DNA from: Selaginella moellendorffii
Lineage: Eukaryota > Plantae > Lycopodiophyta
Assembly (NCBI RefSeq): GCF_000143415.4
Contig: NW_003314275.1
Location: forward strand, 186,001 to 250,000
Length of the DNA: 64,000 bases
Direction of reading: 5' to 3'
Every line of letters begins with the position of its first letter. The first letter of the stretch is position 1. Of this stretch, positions 52,040-64,000 are shown piece by piece. A program made the position numbers and the translations under genes. Below the pieces are notes generated by a model. That model made no database searches, had not been told where the DNA came from, and saw only the letters and a list, made by a program, of their open reading frames with translations.

Positions 52040-53914
52040 TGCATCTAGGGAAAGCAAATAGAAAGGCTGATGCTCTCTCACTTGAGTTATTTTGCACCCT
52101 CACCTAGAGATTTTATGTTTAACCTCCAATATTAGACTCTCCTTAATTCTTATCACTTTCAAATCAATTCTCTTGCTCAATTTTTTGCTCTTTTTATCAC
52201 TCCCTCAAATTGTAAATTGAAGCAACCCAAGCCACTAATTAATTTGTTCAAGAAACTCATCAATCAATTTTTTTTGGTGCTTCTCTAACACAACATAGTG
52301 TTTATTGATTTCTTTAGTTTTATGATAGGCTTCTTCATCAACATGCTCAATTATATGTACTTGATAGAGATGTGGCTACATGTTGTTTAAGCATACCATA
52401 ACACCTTTACTACATAGCATTTTGGCATTCAAAAGATACTAGAATTGGTCCAACACTAATTTTGGTGGCCCTATATGTGTAAGTATATTGAAAATTTTGT
52501 TCGTATATGTGATATGTGTCAACAAACTAAGCTACCTTAACACCCTTCATCTAGTCTTCTTCAACCATTTTCTCTTGCTCCAAAGCCTTAAAAATCTATA
52601 TTTATAAATTTCCTTACTAATCTCCCACCTTCACAAGGATTTGATAGTGTTTTTGTTGTGATTGACCATTGTTCTAAAATGATACATTTTTTGTTATGTC
52701 AAAAGATGATTAATGGGGAGTAGTTCGCTGAGCTTATCTACAAAAAGATTTTTTGTCTTCATGAATTGCCAAATGATATTGTTAGTGATCAAGGGCTTCA
52801 ATTTGTCTCCACCTTTTACCACAAATTTTTGTCTTTCCTTCCCATCAAAAGAAAACTATTGACTTCTCACCATCTTCAAAGTAATGAGCAATTAGAGGGT
52901 ACTATTCAAACTTTGGAGTAATATCTTTAATACTTTATTTCCCATCAATAAGATGATTAACTTGATCTCCTTCCCTCTACTAAGTTTGTTTATAACAATT
53001 TTCAACATTCTTTAATGCATCACTCTCTATTTTTTGTTAACTATAGCCTCCATCCTCATTGGTCATATTAGCCTTTAGTCTTACCAATGACTTTGTTACT
53101 GCACATACTACTGCTATGGATTCTCTTCATGAGGAAATTCATCACCACCTTTCTCATGCTTAAACTGCTCATCACTATACTATTGATTGTTCTCACCAAT
53201 TTGGTCCTTCTTTTCCAATTGGATCAACGGTTTAGTTTATTGTCATTGGAAGACCACACACCCTTACAACAAATTAGATTATTAACACCTAAATCCTTTT
53301 TCTATGCTCTTTTGTACTTCCAAGGTCACTTATTAGCTCAAACTCCCTCCATCTTGGGCTTGCACCCAGTCTTTCATGTTTCCTTTTTTAGAACCATATC
53401 ACACTCTTGTTGCCATTCTTGACTCAAAGTATTGGTATTGCAAACTGGCTTAGGTATTCTCCTGATGATTGTACTTGAGAGCCTACTTTTTATCTCACTC
53501 ATGCTTCTAAGTTCATTGCAGATTTTCATTAATGTTATCCCCTCAAGCCTGGTCCTACACCTCTCTAGCTTCCACTTGGTGCTTATCATCAAAAGGAGGG
53601 ATAATGTCACATATTTACTATTTTTTTCATCTATATTTGTTGAAATATATTTGATGACAAGATTCAAACTCCAAACCTTCATTTAGCAGATTTGAACCCA
53701 AGATCTATGCACATAGATGGGCATTCAAGATTAGTATGGACCTATACCCAGAATAATTTCTTGAGACATTATATAATAAGGGTTTCTAGGATTTTGTATT
53801 CAAAGTGTTTAACATAAATCATTTTTTCTCTATTGTTTTGTCTTTTCTTCTCTATTGTTTTTATCTTTATCTCAGTAGTTTATCTCTTCTACTCTCAATA
53901 ACAAACTCCTGACA
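52040..53914 (+). mobile_element. Old AT-shifted Ty3/gypsy remnant (RNase H end, integrase, PPT, probable 3' LTR 53605-53914)
   Basis: GKANRKADALS, FDSVFVVIDHCSKMIHF and LHPVFHVS; PPT aaaaggagggataa followed by TGTCA...TGACA. Confidence 0.7.
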
Positions 53915-55826
53915 ATAAGTTGCAACAATTATGCCACAAAACTTTAAATCTACATTTGCTTAATTGCTATTAATATTTCATTGAATGATATAGTTTTTAA
54001 GGAACAATTTTGGCTTGGCCTCCATAATAATATAGATTTCACACAGACTTAGTCTTTAAGCAACCAACACATGAGTATGGCACAATTCCAATGAAGATTG
54101 GAGCCATACATCAATGATATTTTTCAAATACTAAATGACAATGTTAGATTGAGAATTACCTTTGCATGTATTGTGGAGATACAAACCACTTCTGAGAAAG
54201 ACCATTTTTGTTAAAGTGAGACCTCACTTCTCTAATTTATATTTATATTATCTTAATCATATTTAATTAGCTATTTAATTAATATTAATTAATATCATAA
54301 ATTAAATGTTTTTACAATGTTGTCACTTCAAATTTTGATTGTATGTTGCTCAAGAGTAGTCATTAATATAAGCATGATGAGCATAATACATTCTACCATC
54401 ACCATCCAAAATACTCTATATACCAATTTAAGCTTTCTCTCAAACAAATTTTTATAAGGATCTATGATACAAATGATGAAAAGAATGATGATTTCTAAGA
54501 GATTTGGGAAAATTAGAAGAAAATAATAAGAAGGTAAATATACCTTGAACTCAAATGTTGCTTCTAGTGGGACAAAACTGAGTAAAAACCAAAGATAAAC
54601 TCTCCAATATGAGCAAAGTTGTTGATGTGAGGTAAGATGCCCCAAATGATGAACCTTATTAGAATAGATGTATAAGATTTGAGAGCATTAGACCAAAGAG
54701 AGCCTCCTAACACTTTAACAGAGATACAGTCCTAAATGAATGTATATAGAAGGCTACTCCCAAAACTAGATAAATATCAACTTACCATGCTTAGATAAAT
54801 GTTGATGAAGAGATGGTAAATGTTTGTGAGCAAGTGAAACATAATTGCATATAACCACATACAAGAGATTAGACATGATCCATAATGCTTTTTTTACCAT
54901 TGCTATCAAGTCTAATGCCCCATATTCTTTCAATCTATAAATAAAATTATTTTCGTTAAAGTGATACTCACAAATTAATTTAAGACTCTCAAAGTAATAA
55001 TAAAATCCACCTCAAATCACATTTCCATCTCCATTAGGCACAACATCTACTGATTTGGTTCTTGAACACCTGACCAAGCTCCTCGGCTACTGCTACTACT
55101 GCTACTTCTGGAAGATCTTGACTCTCAATCCAAAACCCTAACAACAGCCGTCAAATGGTCCCACACCCCACGGCCCTGCTTGCGGCACATGAGGCTAGCC
55201 ATGATCAAGAACTTGAGCCAGTGCTGGCAAACTAACATAGCCTGCGATCTTTTGCACTCCGGTTGTCTTGGGCCAGGGTGTTTTAGGATCTTTGAGAGAT
55301 TATCAATGGACGAGCAAGGCTCTGTCGAGGCCTCTGAAAGGCGTGTCAATTCCCCGTCCGGGCCATGGGCAATTCTGAGACTGCTCGAGCAAGATCAAGC
55401 ATGGGGACACAAGCATTGACAGGTATGCTTTCAAGATCACACGAAACTTTCAAGTCTTTAGAGAAAGTTTCAAAGTCCAAAGTTCCATGTAACATCATGC
55501 CATTCACAGTGGTGATCCAATGTTCTTGGAGCAGTAGTGATCCCACAAGTTCACTAGATGAGCTGCCTCAGGCAAGTCCGACCAAAGACAAGTTCATTGT
55601 GTGGGACTGGATCCATGGAACTTATCAATGCTGCAGTCTAACTCCAAAATCGCCACCAGCGATCGTCAGACAAGATGCCCACCAACAAGGAGGAGGCCGA
55701 GGCCAAATTCGAGGCTTATGGACTCTAAGATTCTCAAACTGTCTTGTTCTATATGGCGTGCCATCTACACCTACAAACTCGCTAAGCAGGCAGCTACTTC
55801 AGTTTCTGTACAGTACAGTAGCTTTG

Positions 55827-56261
55827 CTATTGCGAAGCTAAAGGGGTGTAAATGCACGGTTGGACGCAGCTGTAGCTTCTTGGGAATTCCGGCCACACAC
55901 GACGCCTCACGTCGAAAGCCACAAGCCGTAAGAAGTAAAAGTCGTCCAAGAAAACAAGCAGGTTGACACCCACGACAACCCATTGCGGGTGGTAGTCAGG
56001 ATTGCTCCTACGAATGCCATCAAGCTGCTTCACCACCATACCACTTATTGCCTTCAAGAGCCCACTCTCGTGGTTAACCTCCAGTAGCGTCAGCCCTCCA
56101 TCATCCATCTGCCCGCTTGGAAGTGCGGTGTAGCATAGCGCGACCACCATGATCCTCAGCCCAGAGCGAAAAGGAAACGCATGGCAGTAAGTGAAGCCGG
56201 CCAGCTCCTCCGGCTTTGGAAACACTGGCAAGGCTCGTTTACCTTGCTCAGAGATGTCCAC
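55827..56261 (-). CDS. Hypothetical protein or gene fragment
   Basis: 144-aa ORF in coding-like GC context; no family recognised. Confidence 0.2.
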   Translation of the reverse strand: MDISEQGKRALPVFPKPEELAGFTYCHAFPFRSGLRIMVVALCYTALPSGQMDDGGLTLLEVNHESGLLKAISGMVVKQLDGIRRSNPDYHPQWVVVGVNLLVFLDDFYFLRLVAFDVRRRVWPEFPRSYSCVQPCIYTPLASQ

Positions 56262-57580
56262 CCCACTCCACTTGCCATCTCCCTCCTCGGCCTCCCGCGC
56301 CTCACCCCGCGCCTTCTCAATTCCCTCTCAATTCCATTGACCTAATTCTCCTGACCCGATCTCAATTCTAAGAGATAAGAACACCGTCTTTTTCACTCAC
56401 TCCGCTGTGCTCTTATATCTTTATTGAGAGATGGTAAGTACAAAAGAAGAAATTTCTACATCACTAGTGAAAGTTATGATCTGGGTCCAAGTTTTAAATC
56501 CTGTTTTTTTCCTTTTTCCGCATTCAAAATCTCATGCAAGAAGAAAGGAAATTTATAAATTTAGACAATTTATATTTAAAAGCCATTAATGGTTTGAACT
56601 TAGATTTTAGTGTTGGGTAGGAACTCCCACAAAAAAACATTGTAAACCATGTCCATATCAAAACCATTGCGTGCAACTGGTTTTTAGACATGGTTTTTCT
56701 AATAAAAACCATGGTCACCTGTGACTGTTCTCGTGGCTGAAAATCAGTTCATAGTGATCGACCTTAAGTTTGCATATCGGGTAGACATAGAGCACTTGTA
56801 CAGTGACAAGAAGGAAGCAGCTGCATCCGATTGTCACAAGCTGCTTCCCTGCCTACTGGAGTTGTGGATGGGTTTGCGCCTCGAGGATCAGGTGATTGTT
56901 GAAATGCTGGGGAAGTGTTGGGCCTGTTTGCAAACCACATAGTCTGGATCACGTACTCAGGGACAGACAAGGTTCTTCTTGCCAGCAGCTGATGGTTGCT
57001 TTCCTCTGCTGCGAGTCTAAAGTATATGTTGTCAGAATAGCAATCCGTGGAAACAAGAGTGTTTTGGAGGTCTGTGGTGGTCCATGTGGCAGAGGTACTC
57101 GCTCGGATCCCTTGCAGGTGACTGGCGTGCCTAGAGTGCCGCCCATTGTCCAATGCGACGAAGCGTTACCCGAAGTTCAAAGAGCATAGCGGCGCCCCAA
57201 GATTATACCTGCTATACAGGCCTGAGCCAAGCCAAGTGCTACGACCAAGCGACTCGTGGCAAAGGTTGGGATATAGAAGCACACATCCCTCCAATGTTTC
57301 ACTCTCTCGTTTGCTAGGCCGGGCCGAATTGCTCTCACTCCGCCCGGTGAGGAAAAGAATCCATTTTACTCTTGAGTGAAAAGTACATAGTTTTTAAATT
57401 TACACCAAGTTTTTCAAACCCCTCAAGTAGTCCCGGATCAATTTCGACATGAAGACCTCGATGAAGCCCCATTTACTCTGCCCCGTCTTTGTTGCGGATG
57501 ACATCCCTGGCTTCATATGCCGCTAACGGTGGTTGTAGCCAGGCCTCGCAGGCTTTCGAGAAGATGGCATGGACGTGGTT

Positions 57581-58950
57581 TCAGGCAAGTGTGTTACCAT
57601 GGTGTTCTCCCAAACTTTTAAAAGCTTTATTTACATTGAGGAACCTCGCGACCAAGAGAGCAATCGCCCAACAATCCATCTCTCTCGCCTGGAGCAGCAC
57701 ATACAAGAGTATGGCACAAACACATCCCACCGCGAGATTGGATCCCTGCGAGATGGCAATGCAGCAGAGCATCACAAACAAGTCCCTCCTACTAGTTTGA
57801 TCCCGGCACGCCATCGCCTGCTCCACCCCGGAGAAGAGCAGCAAGATCCCCAGCAGTCTCACTGGAAAAGCTGGGAGAATTCTCACCAGTGAGCTCCCCA
57901 AGAGAAGCCCCAGCACAAGCTTGCCACCGCCACCCCACTCGTGGCTCCGAAACGATACTGCCCGGCCAGTCCTCCAGCACCATGGCAAACCAGGAGAGCT
58001 CCAAACCAGCAGCCCCCGAGACTTTGGTCGGAGTCACGGCGTCCTTCTTGGCTAGGAAGAGATCGCTCGAGAGCTTGCAAACCGCCACCACCGAGTTGAG
58101 GATGGTGAGAGGGAGCTGCGGGATGGCGGCTCTCACAAACCCCGTCTTCCAGTCGTGGGAAGAGATTCGAGCGATCCGTGGCGTGGCCGGGCCAAACTGG
58201 AGCTCCTTGAGAATGTGTGGCCTCCTCACGAACGCCAGGAGGATCCCGAGCACGAACACTGCCAAGGCAGTCGGGATCCTCTGGAAAAACGTCACGAGCT
58301 TTGACGATCTCGCTTGATGTTCTTCACGGTGCTCTTCATGATCATCGTGATGACGATCACCTTCACTGTTCGTCACGAAGTACTCGTAGCCCTCGCCGGA
58401 TCCATTCACCAGCACGATAAATGCGAAGCAAATCACTGCGAGGAGAATTCCATCCAAGCCCAGCCATGGTCGATCACCCATTGCCTTGTCCCTAGAGAGA
58501 TTTTGATCCTTCATCACGTACTTGACAGCCTTGACCGCGAAAGAGAGCCCATGCGCAAGCTGGATGCCACGAACCACCGGCAATGGCACGATCCAAGCCA
58601 CGACCCGTGATCAAGCCCGTGATTCCAAGCACAAACACGATCGCAGACACAGTGATCCCCGCGGCCATGATCTCATCCACACTGAGATGCTTGGATTCGG
58701 TGAAGGCCACCGCCGCGATGGATTTCATGGGCTGGACAGGCCTCGGCCCGCCAAAGAGCACGCTGGTGAGAATGTTGTAGATGCCCGTGGCGATGAGAGA
58801 CGTACCAGGATCCATGCCATTGACGAGAGCTAGAGCCACGACGATCGGGATGAATGTGCCCAGGTCGCCCAGCGAGCCGCTGAGCTCCTGCCATGGCCGC
58901 CTGCACTGGAGATTGCCGCGCAGCCCTGTGCCATCACTGGGAGAATCCAC
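57581..58950 (-). pseudogene. Molybdate transporter (MOT1/MOT2 family), frameshifted
   Basis: ELSGSLGDLGTFIPIV, PVQPMKSIAAVA, PLPVVRGIQL, PQLPLTILNSVVAVCKLS and HGAGGLAGQYRFGA are spread over four ORFs. The apparent start codon is GTG. Confidence 0.88.
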
Positions 58951-59244
58951 CGCTCCTCCCGCTCGCCCCTCTTCCTCCCACTGACCTCCAAGAACCCTAA
59001 ATTTATATAGTCCATGGCTCTTGTACTTTACCAAGCGACCATTGGAAATGAGCAAAGAATTTTCTCTTTAATCATACATGATGATCTGTCAAAGAATACC
59101 CTCTTTAATCACGAGGACACAGAATCTATACTCACTCTAGTTTCAAACAAAATTGCTACTATTTGCTAGTAGAACATAGGCAAAAGAATTCCTAGAATCT
59201 ACACTTAAAGCTTGTTCTAGCACAACACCATGAGATCTTTGTCC

Positions 59245-59571
59245 TCAATTTCTAGACTTTGCTCCCAGCAAGCACGTCCAATCCACTGAAACTGGCTTGT
59301 AAGGCATGCTCCTCACAAGTTCCTGGACCTCTTCCATACACCCAGCTCGCCCCAAGCAATCCACCATGCAGCAGTAAACTTGCCTCGATCCTTGGTAGTG
59401 GCGAGATGCCCTTCTTGGGCGTGCCAAGAACATAATGACCCACAAGTGGCAATTGCGTCGCTCCATGGAGTCAAACACTGCTCGCGCGCGCTGGATCTTG
59501 CCCAGCTTGCCATACCGAAGGATGACGAGATTGGAGAGGTAGCTGGGCGATCTCGATCCGGGAATGGGCAT
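59245..59571 (-). pseudogene. PLS-class pentatricopeptide-repeat gene fragment
   Basis: YGKLGKIQRARAVFDSMERRN and YCCMVDCLGRAGCMEEVQELVRSMPYKP...WTCLLGA. Confidence 0.8.
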
Positions 59572-60199
59572 CGCTCGCCTGCGAGGAATTGGTCACGGAA
59601 GTGATGAGATCCACACACTCGGACTTGGACAGCATCAGTTTCGCTCGACACCGAAGCTAGCCACTCACGAGATTAGCGAGAAGGGAGAGATTAGGGAAAT
59701 TCTTGATGGCATCCTTCCAAAGTAGCGCTTCCCGGATCCCCTAGCTTGGTTTGTTCATTCTAGTGAGTCAACGCATTGCAAAGAGCTTTTCCTAGCTGCC
59801 TTCAAACAGTTTCCTTAGGCACTATAGATATGAATAGAAATTAAAAGTGTGTAATTTGTGAACCTTAAAGTGAAATAAAAATGACACTACACACTCATAT
59901 AAATATGATAATTCAACTTATTCATTCATTGTTCATAGCTTTTTCAATGGCTCTCATGGCTTCAACGTGTGTGTGGCCAAAAGAGAGATGCTACAGTCTG
60001 AAAAAGCTAATCCTTATGTACAGTTTGAAAAGTTGGTCCCCACGTTCATTTGGTTATTGATGACGACAATGCTCATTAGCCAATCTTTTGTCTCGCTATT
60101 GAGCTTGCCTTATGTTCAACTTTGCCAACTCAAGCTTGTTTTGTATATCTTTCAAGAAATCACAAACATAAGGTACCCGAACTAAAGCTAAATTCAAAC

Positions 60200-60482
60200 T
60201 CACAGGAGATTTATGCTTATAGCCATACATCACCATAAAGAGAGTGTTATTGTGAATAAATTGAAGCAAAGGTAAATACTTCTCCCATACTCTCTATCGA
60301 GTCAAGTTTCTCACAAAAGATTTTAGCATATCTTCTAATAACTGATTCATGTGTTTTATCTGCCCATTAAGTTGTGGATTCTCACCACTACTTATGCTTA
60401 GTTTAGTCTTTAGCTTCTCAAAAACTGTCTGCCAAAACTTGGACATGAATTTGGGATCCTGATCATTATATTTAAGAAACAA
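60200..60482 (-). mobile_element. Ty3/gypsy integrase fragment
   Basis: DQDPKFMSKFWQTVF...PQLNGQIKHMNQLLEDML. Confidence 0.75.
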
Positions 60483-62073
60483 AGAGAAATTATTTTTGTT
60501 TATTACGATCTAGACAATGCAAAAGCTAAATCTAAACCAAAATCCTAAATCCAAGCACTCCCCAAGGACAATCAAAGTTGCCCCTCATTTCCACCAATGT
60601 GAGTGCATGGAATATAGAAAGGGAATATAGAAAATATGCATATCAATTAGCCCAAAAACCATAATTTATATATAAAAGCGAGTGGTCTAGATTGAAAATA
60701 ATCTGACGGTTACCAAAATCTCACTATGCTAATATTAGTATACGGCATTAGAGCTGTACACTTGGACCGCATGGTTCTAAAATTGATATCAAATAAAATC
60801 AAAATTTTAAAAATTATAAATTCTAGCTATTATGTTATAAAATATTTTTAGAACCAAGATAAACATATCTACTATAACTCCAAAAATCCTTAAGTTAATT
60901 ACATTTTGAAACTTAAATAAAAATTTCCAGTAAAGAAGACTAATTTGTAAAAACAACAAATATATGGTTTCTGTATAAACTCTATATATACTGTATTTTC
61001 ATCTCTGTTATATACTATAGACAGTCTATACATATTTATAAAGTTAACACCAAAAACTAAGAAATATATTATCTTTAGTTCTAAATAATATGAAAATTCA
61101 AAATTTTAAGAAAGCACAAAAACAAATTATTTGTTTAGCATTAAAAATGAGGCTAGTTGATAGCATTCGCAAGAGCTATTAATAAACTTTGACAGAATTT
61201 CATTATCAAAAACCATCCCCATGATTTGTAAGTGAAAATAAAGCCACTTGACTAAGTACCTGCTGGAAGCCCTCACAAGTATCATTTGGCTGGAAGTTGT
61301 GCTTTGCATCCTTTGAACAACAATATCGAGAAAATGGGGATATATATTGCAAAAACAAAAACAGAGGAATTCTTAATTTATTCTTGGGGTACCCAAACAT
61401 GTTCCCCGCCTATCCGCCTTTATTAAACTGATCTGTTGATGAAGCAGCTTCCAAATCGTTGCACTACAAACAGGTTCTTCCAGTCCTTCATGCAAATCCA
61501 CATACCGCCTCTGACTGACCACCGTACCATATATGCACGTCAAAATCGAAGAAGACATGAAGAAGTAACCTCAAGCCGCTACCAACAGATGGCTGAAGTT
61601 CACCTGTTTTCCTCCTCCGATGATAGCAACAAGCAGATTGCAATAACGAAGTGAAAACCATGTTGCATGTTAAGTACCTGTTCACCAAAAGAAACACGAG
61701 CTCGAAATCCGAAATGTCACAGCATCACGTCAAAGCCCAGGCTGTCTGCTACAGGTTGAAAGCAGAAACAGTCCAATTCGCTAGGCCAATCAGAAGATAA
61801 CGCTGAGCCCGTGAAGACATGTTCTTGCTGCAGGTGCCACCCAAACAAACTTGATGGCAGCAGCTGCATCCAACAGCAGAAGTGTACAAAAATGGTCACA
61901 TATGCAAGACACAGATCTGCAGAAACCAAAACATGTCGAAATTTTTGAAAACGTTGCTTGACCCAGAAGATATCCAGGAGACCGGGCACAGTACGCAGCT
62001 CGGCAGGGTCCGTGACATAACTTCTGCACCAGGTGTCGAAATTGACCAAATAAAGGCACCCAGCGTGATGAAG

Positions 62074-62757
62074 AAGAAGGAGTTCCCAGGTAGGGCAAGC
62101 ACGTTCCCACCCAGAATGGGCGAGCTGGGCATTAGCCCAGCGAGCATGTTCTGGAGGGAACGTGCGAGCCCGTGCCTGAGAACGACCTTAACGGGCTGTG
62201 GCGAGACCATTAACAGACACGTGAAAGAATGTTATTCGAGGATGAGAGGGTTCTCCAGAATTGGCAGCTGGTAGCCTGGTTCTCCAGAATGGCAGCTGGC
62301 AGCTAAGTTCTGGAGAACTTGGCAGTTGTCAACCATGTTCTCGCAGAGAACTTGACTCGATCCGACGGCTGCCAACGGTTAGATCAAGTTAATGGGTGAG
62401 CCACAGCCCATTAAGAAGGAGTTCCCGGGTAGGGCAAGCACGTTCCCGCCCAGAACGGGCGAGCCGGGCATTAGCCCGGTGAGCACGTTCTGGAGGGAAC
62501 GTGCAAGCCCGTGCCTGGGAACGACCTTAACAAGCTGTGGCGAGACCATTAACAGACACGTGGAAGAATGTTATTCGAGGATGAGAGGGTTCTCCAGAAT
62601 TGGCAGCTGGTAGGCTAGTTCTCCAGAACCTGGCAGCTGGCAGCTAGGTTCTGGAGAACCTGGCAGTTGTCAGCCATGTTCTTGCAGAGAGCTTGACTCG
62701 ATCCGACGGCTGCCAATGGTTGGATCAAGTTAATAGGCGAGCCACAGCCTGTTAAGA
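62074..62757. repeat. Tandem duplication of a ~340-bp unit
   Basis: Units start aagaaggagttccc at ~62074 and ~62413; internal ttctccagaa/ttctggagaa inverted motifs. Confidence 0.85.
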
Positions 62758-63519
62758 ATCACGTCGATGCACACTCGCAAAGAAAATCCAGCCACTTGCA
62801 ACATGTGGTCGCCAAATTGAAGCAAAAGTATGAATAACCTCCCGAAAGCCGTTGGTTTGAGTGAGCAGAGTATACCTGCCATATCCTCACAGCAGCATAT
62901 CCTCACGAATAAGGTCGCAAAAAGCACATAAACCATAAAAGGCTCCCCTGCTGCAGATGCCGCCTAAAAAAAGATGGCAACACAAAGGCTAAATCAGGAC
63001 GAATGATTATAGATGCTTTCCAGGTGAGGTCGAAAGAAATGAAAGTTTCATCATATCCGTGAGAAAAACGTGAGCCCATCCACTGCACGCAGATCCACAT
63101 AGGCAACACAATATCTCCTACATCCGATGTCGAAACTGACCAATTTTTGGCGATCTGAAAACACGACCTATAGAGTGATATTCACTGTCGGATGAAAAGT
63201 TGTGCCGCGAGATTGGCTCAAGGGCAAAGGCAGATTTGAGCTGTGGCAGCCTCCATGATGAAAAGGCACACAAACTTGAGCAGATCTAGAAAGACTGTAG
63301 TCTGCAAACCATGAAAAGCTGAACCATGATTCATTCCATCGACAGATCTCTTCAAAGCAGCCATCATCATCGAATAGCTCCTAATTGAGACAAGGAGGCT
63401 AGTAACTCCCGCCTTGAAACTCAAGAGCAGTTGCCCTTGAACAAGCAGTCTCTCAAACAATCACTCCATATCAGATTCACACAACACTATCAAAACTTTC
63501 TAGAGGTATTGAGAATGTA

Positions 63520-63870
63520 TATGTTGGTGAAGAAGCATTTTTTTGGCCTGGGATGAAGTTAGATGTTAAGAAGTATGTACATGGTTGTTTGACCTATCAA
63601 GTGGTTAAAGTTGATCATCAAAAGCTCACTAGACTTTATCATCCTTTATGTATACCTAAGAATAAGTGAAATAACATTTTGATGGACTTTATCGCTAGTT
63701 TGCTCAAAACCTTTCAAGGAAATGATGCTATTTGGGTTGTTGTGGATTGTTTGACGAAGATGGCTCACTTCTTCCTTGTGAAGACAATAATAAAAGTTTC
63801 TAAACTTGCTCAATTGTTTGTAAACCTATTATTCAATTTCTATGGTTTGCCAGGTAACATTGTGTCTAGC
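63520..63870 (+). mobile_element. Ty3/gypsy integrase fragment
   Basis: FFWPGMKLDVKKYV and MDFIASL...DAIWVVVDCLTKMAHF. Confidence 0.8.
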
Positions 63871-64000
63871 TTTATTCCATTTTTCTTCTTTTGCTCTTTC
63901 CTTTTCATTCATTTTCATGGCAGATTAACAATCTCCTCCTCCTTTGACTCTAGAGCAGCAAGTTGATGCAATTACTTGATGCTATTTGATTGCAATTGAA

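Noticed and set aside
61127-63460. Short ORFs as a host gene
   Set aside because: No recognisable motif or consistent exon chain could be supported by eye.

Overview
Eukaryotic land-plant DNA. Very short 47-60 nt GT-AG introns, a PLS-type PPR fragment, a MOT-family transporter and TTTAGGG motifs suggest a lycophyte such as Selaginella; this assignment is inference only. The first 52 kb is a nest of mobile elements. (1) Two copies of a 12.6-kb DNA transposon: 1-11716 (left end outside the window) and a complete copy at 27947-40571 with perfect 24-bp TIRs and a TATA target-site duplication. It encodes a Sola-like DDD transposase and, divergently, one predicted 11-exon ~1,635-aa protein joining a ParB/Srx-like domain, a degenerate amino-DNA-methyltransferase fold and an FCP1-like HAD domain. 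It is studded with ~25 copies of the 22-bp palindrome ATGGCRTGWGGCCWCAYGCCAT. (2) A decayed MULE-like element whose transposase gene is split by copy B. It carries a divergent ParB-MTase gene with a different palindrome array upstream (GAGGTTATTYRAATAACCTC, ~96-bp period). (3) A third decayed ParB-MTase gene with a third palindrome array upstream (CTGGTWCGCYRGCGWACCAG). (4) A rearranged non-coding LTR element (11787-19440) and a decayed Ty3/gypsy element (46313-51814). The last 12 kb holds gypsy remnants, a frameshifted molybdate-transporter gene, a PPR fragment and a 340-bp tandem duplication. The main candidate new system is a transposon-borne ParB-methyltransferase paired with its own palindromic, parS-like site array, seen with two unrelated transposase superfamilies. 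All domain calls come from motif recognition by eye and were not checked by database search.
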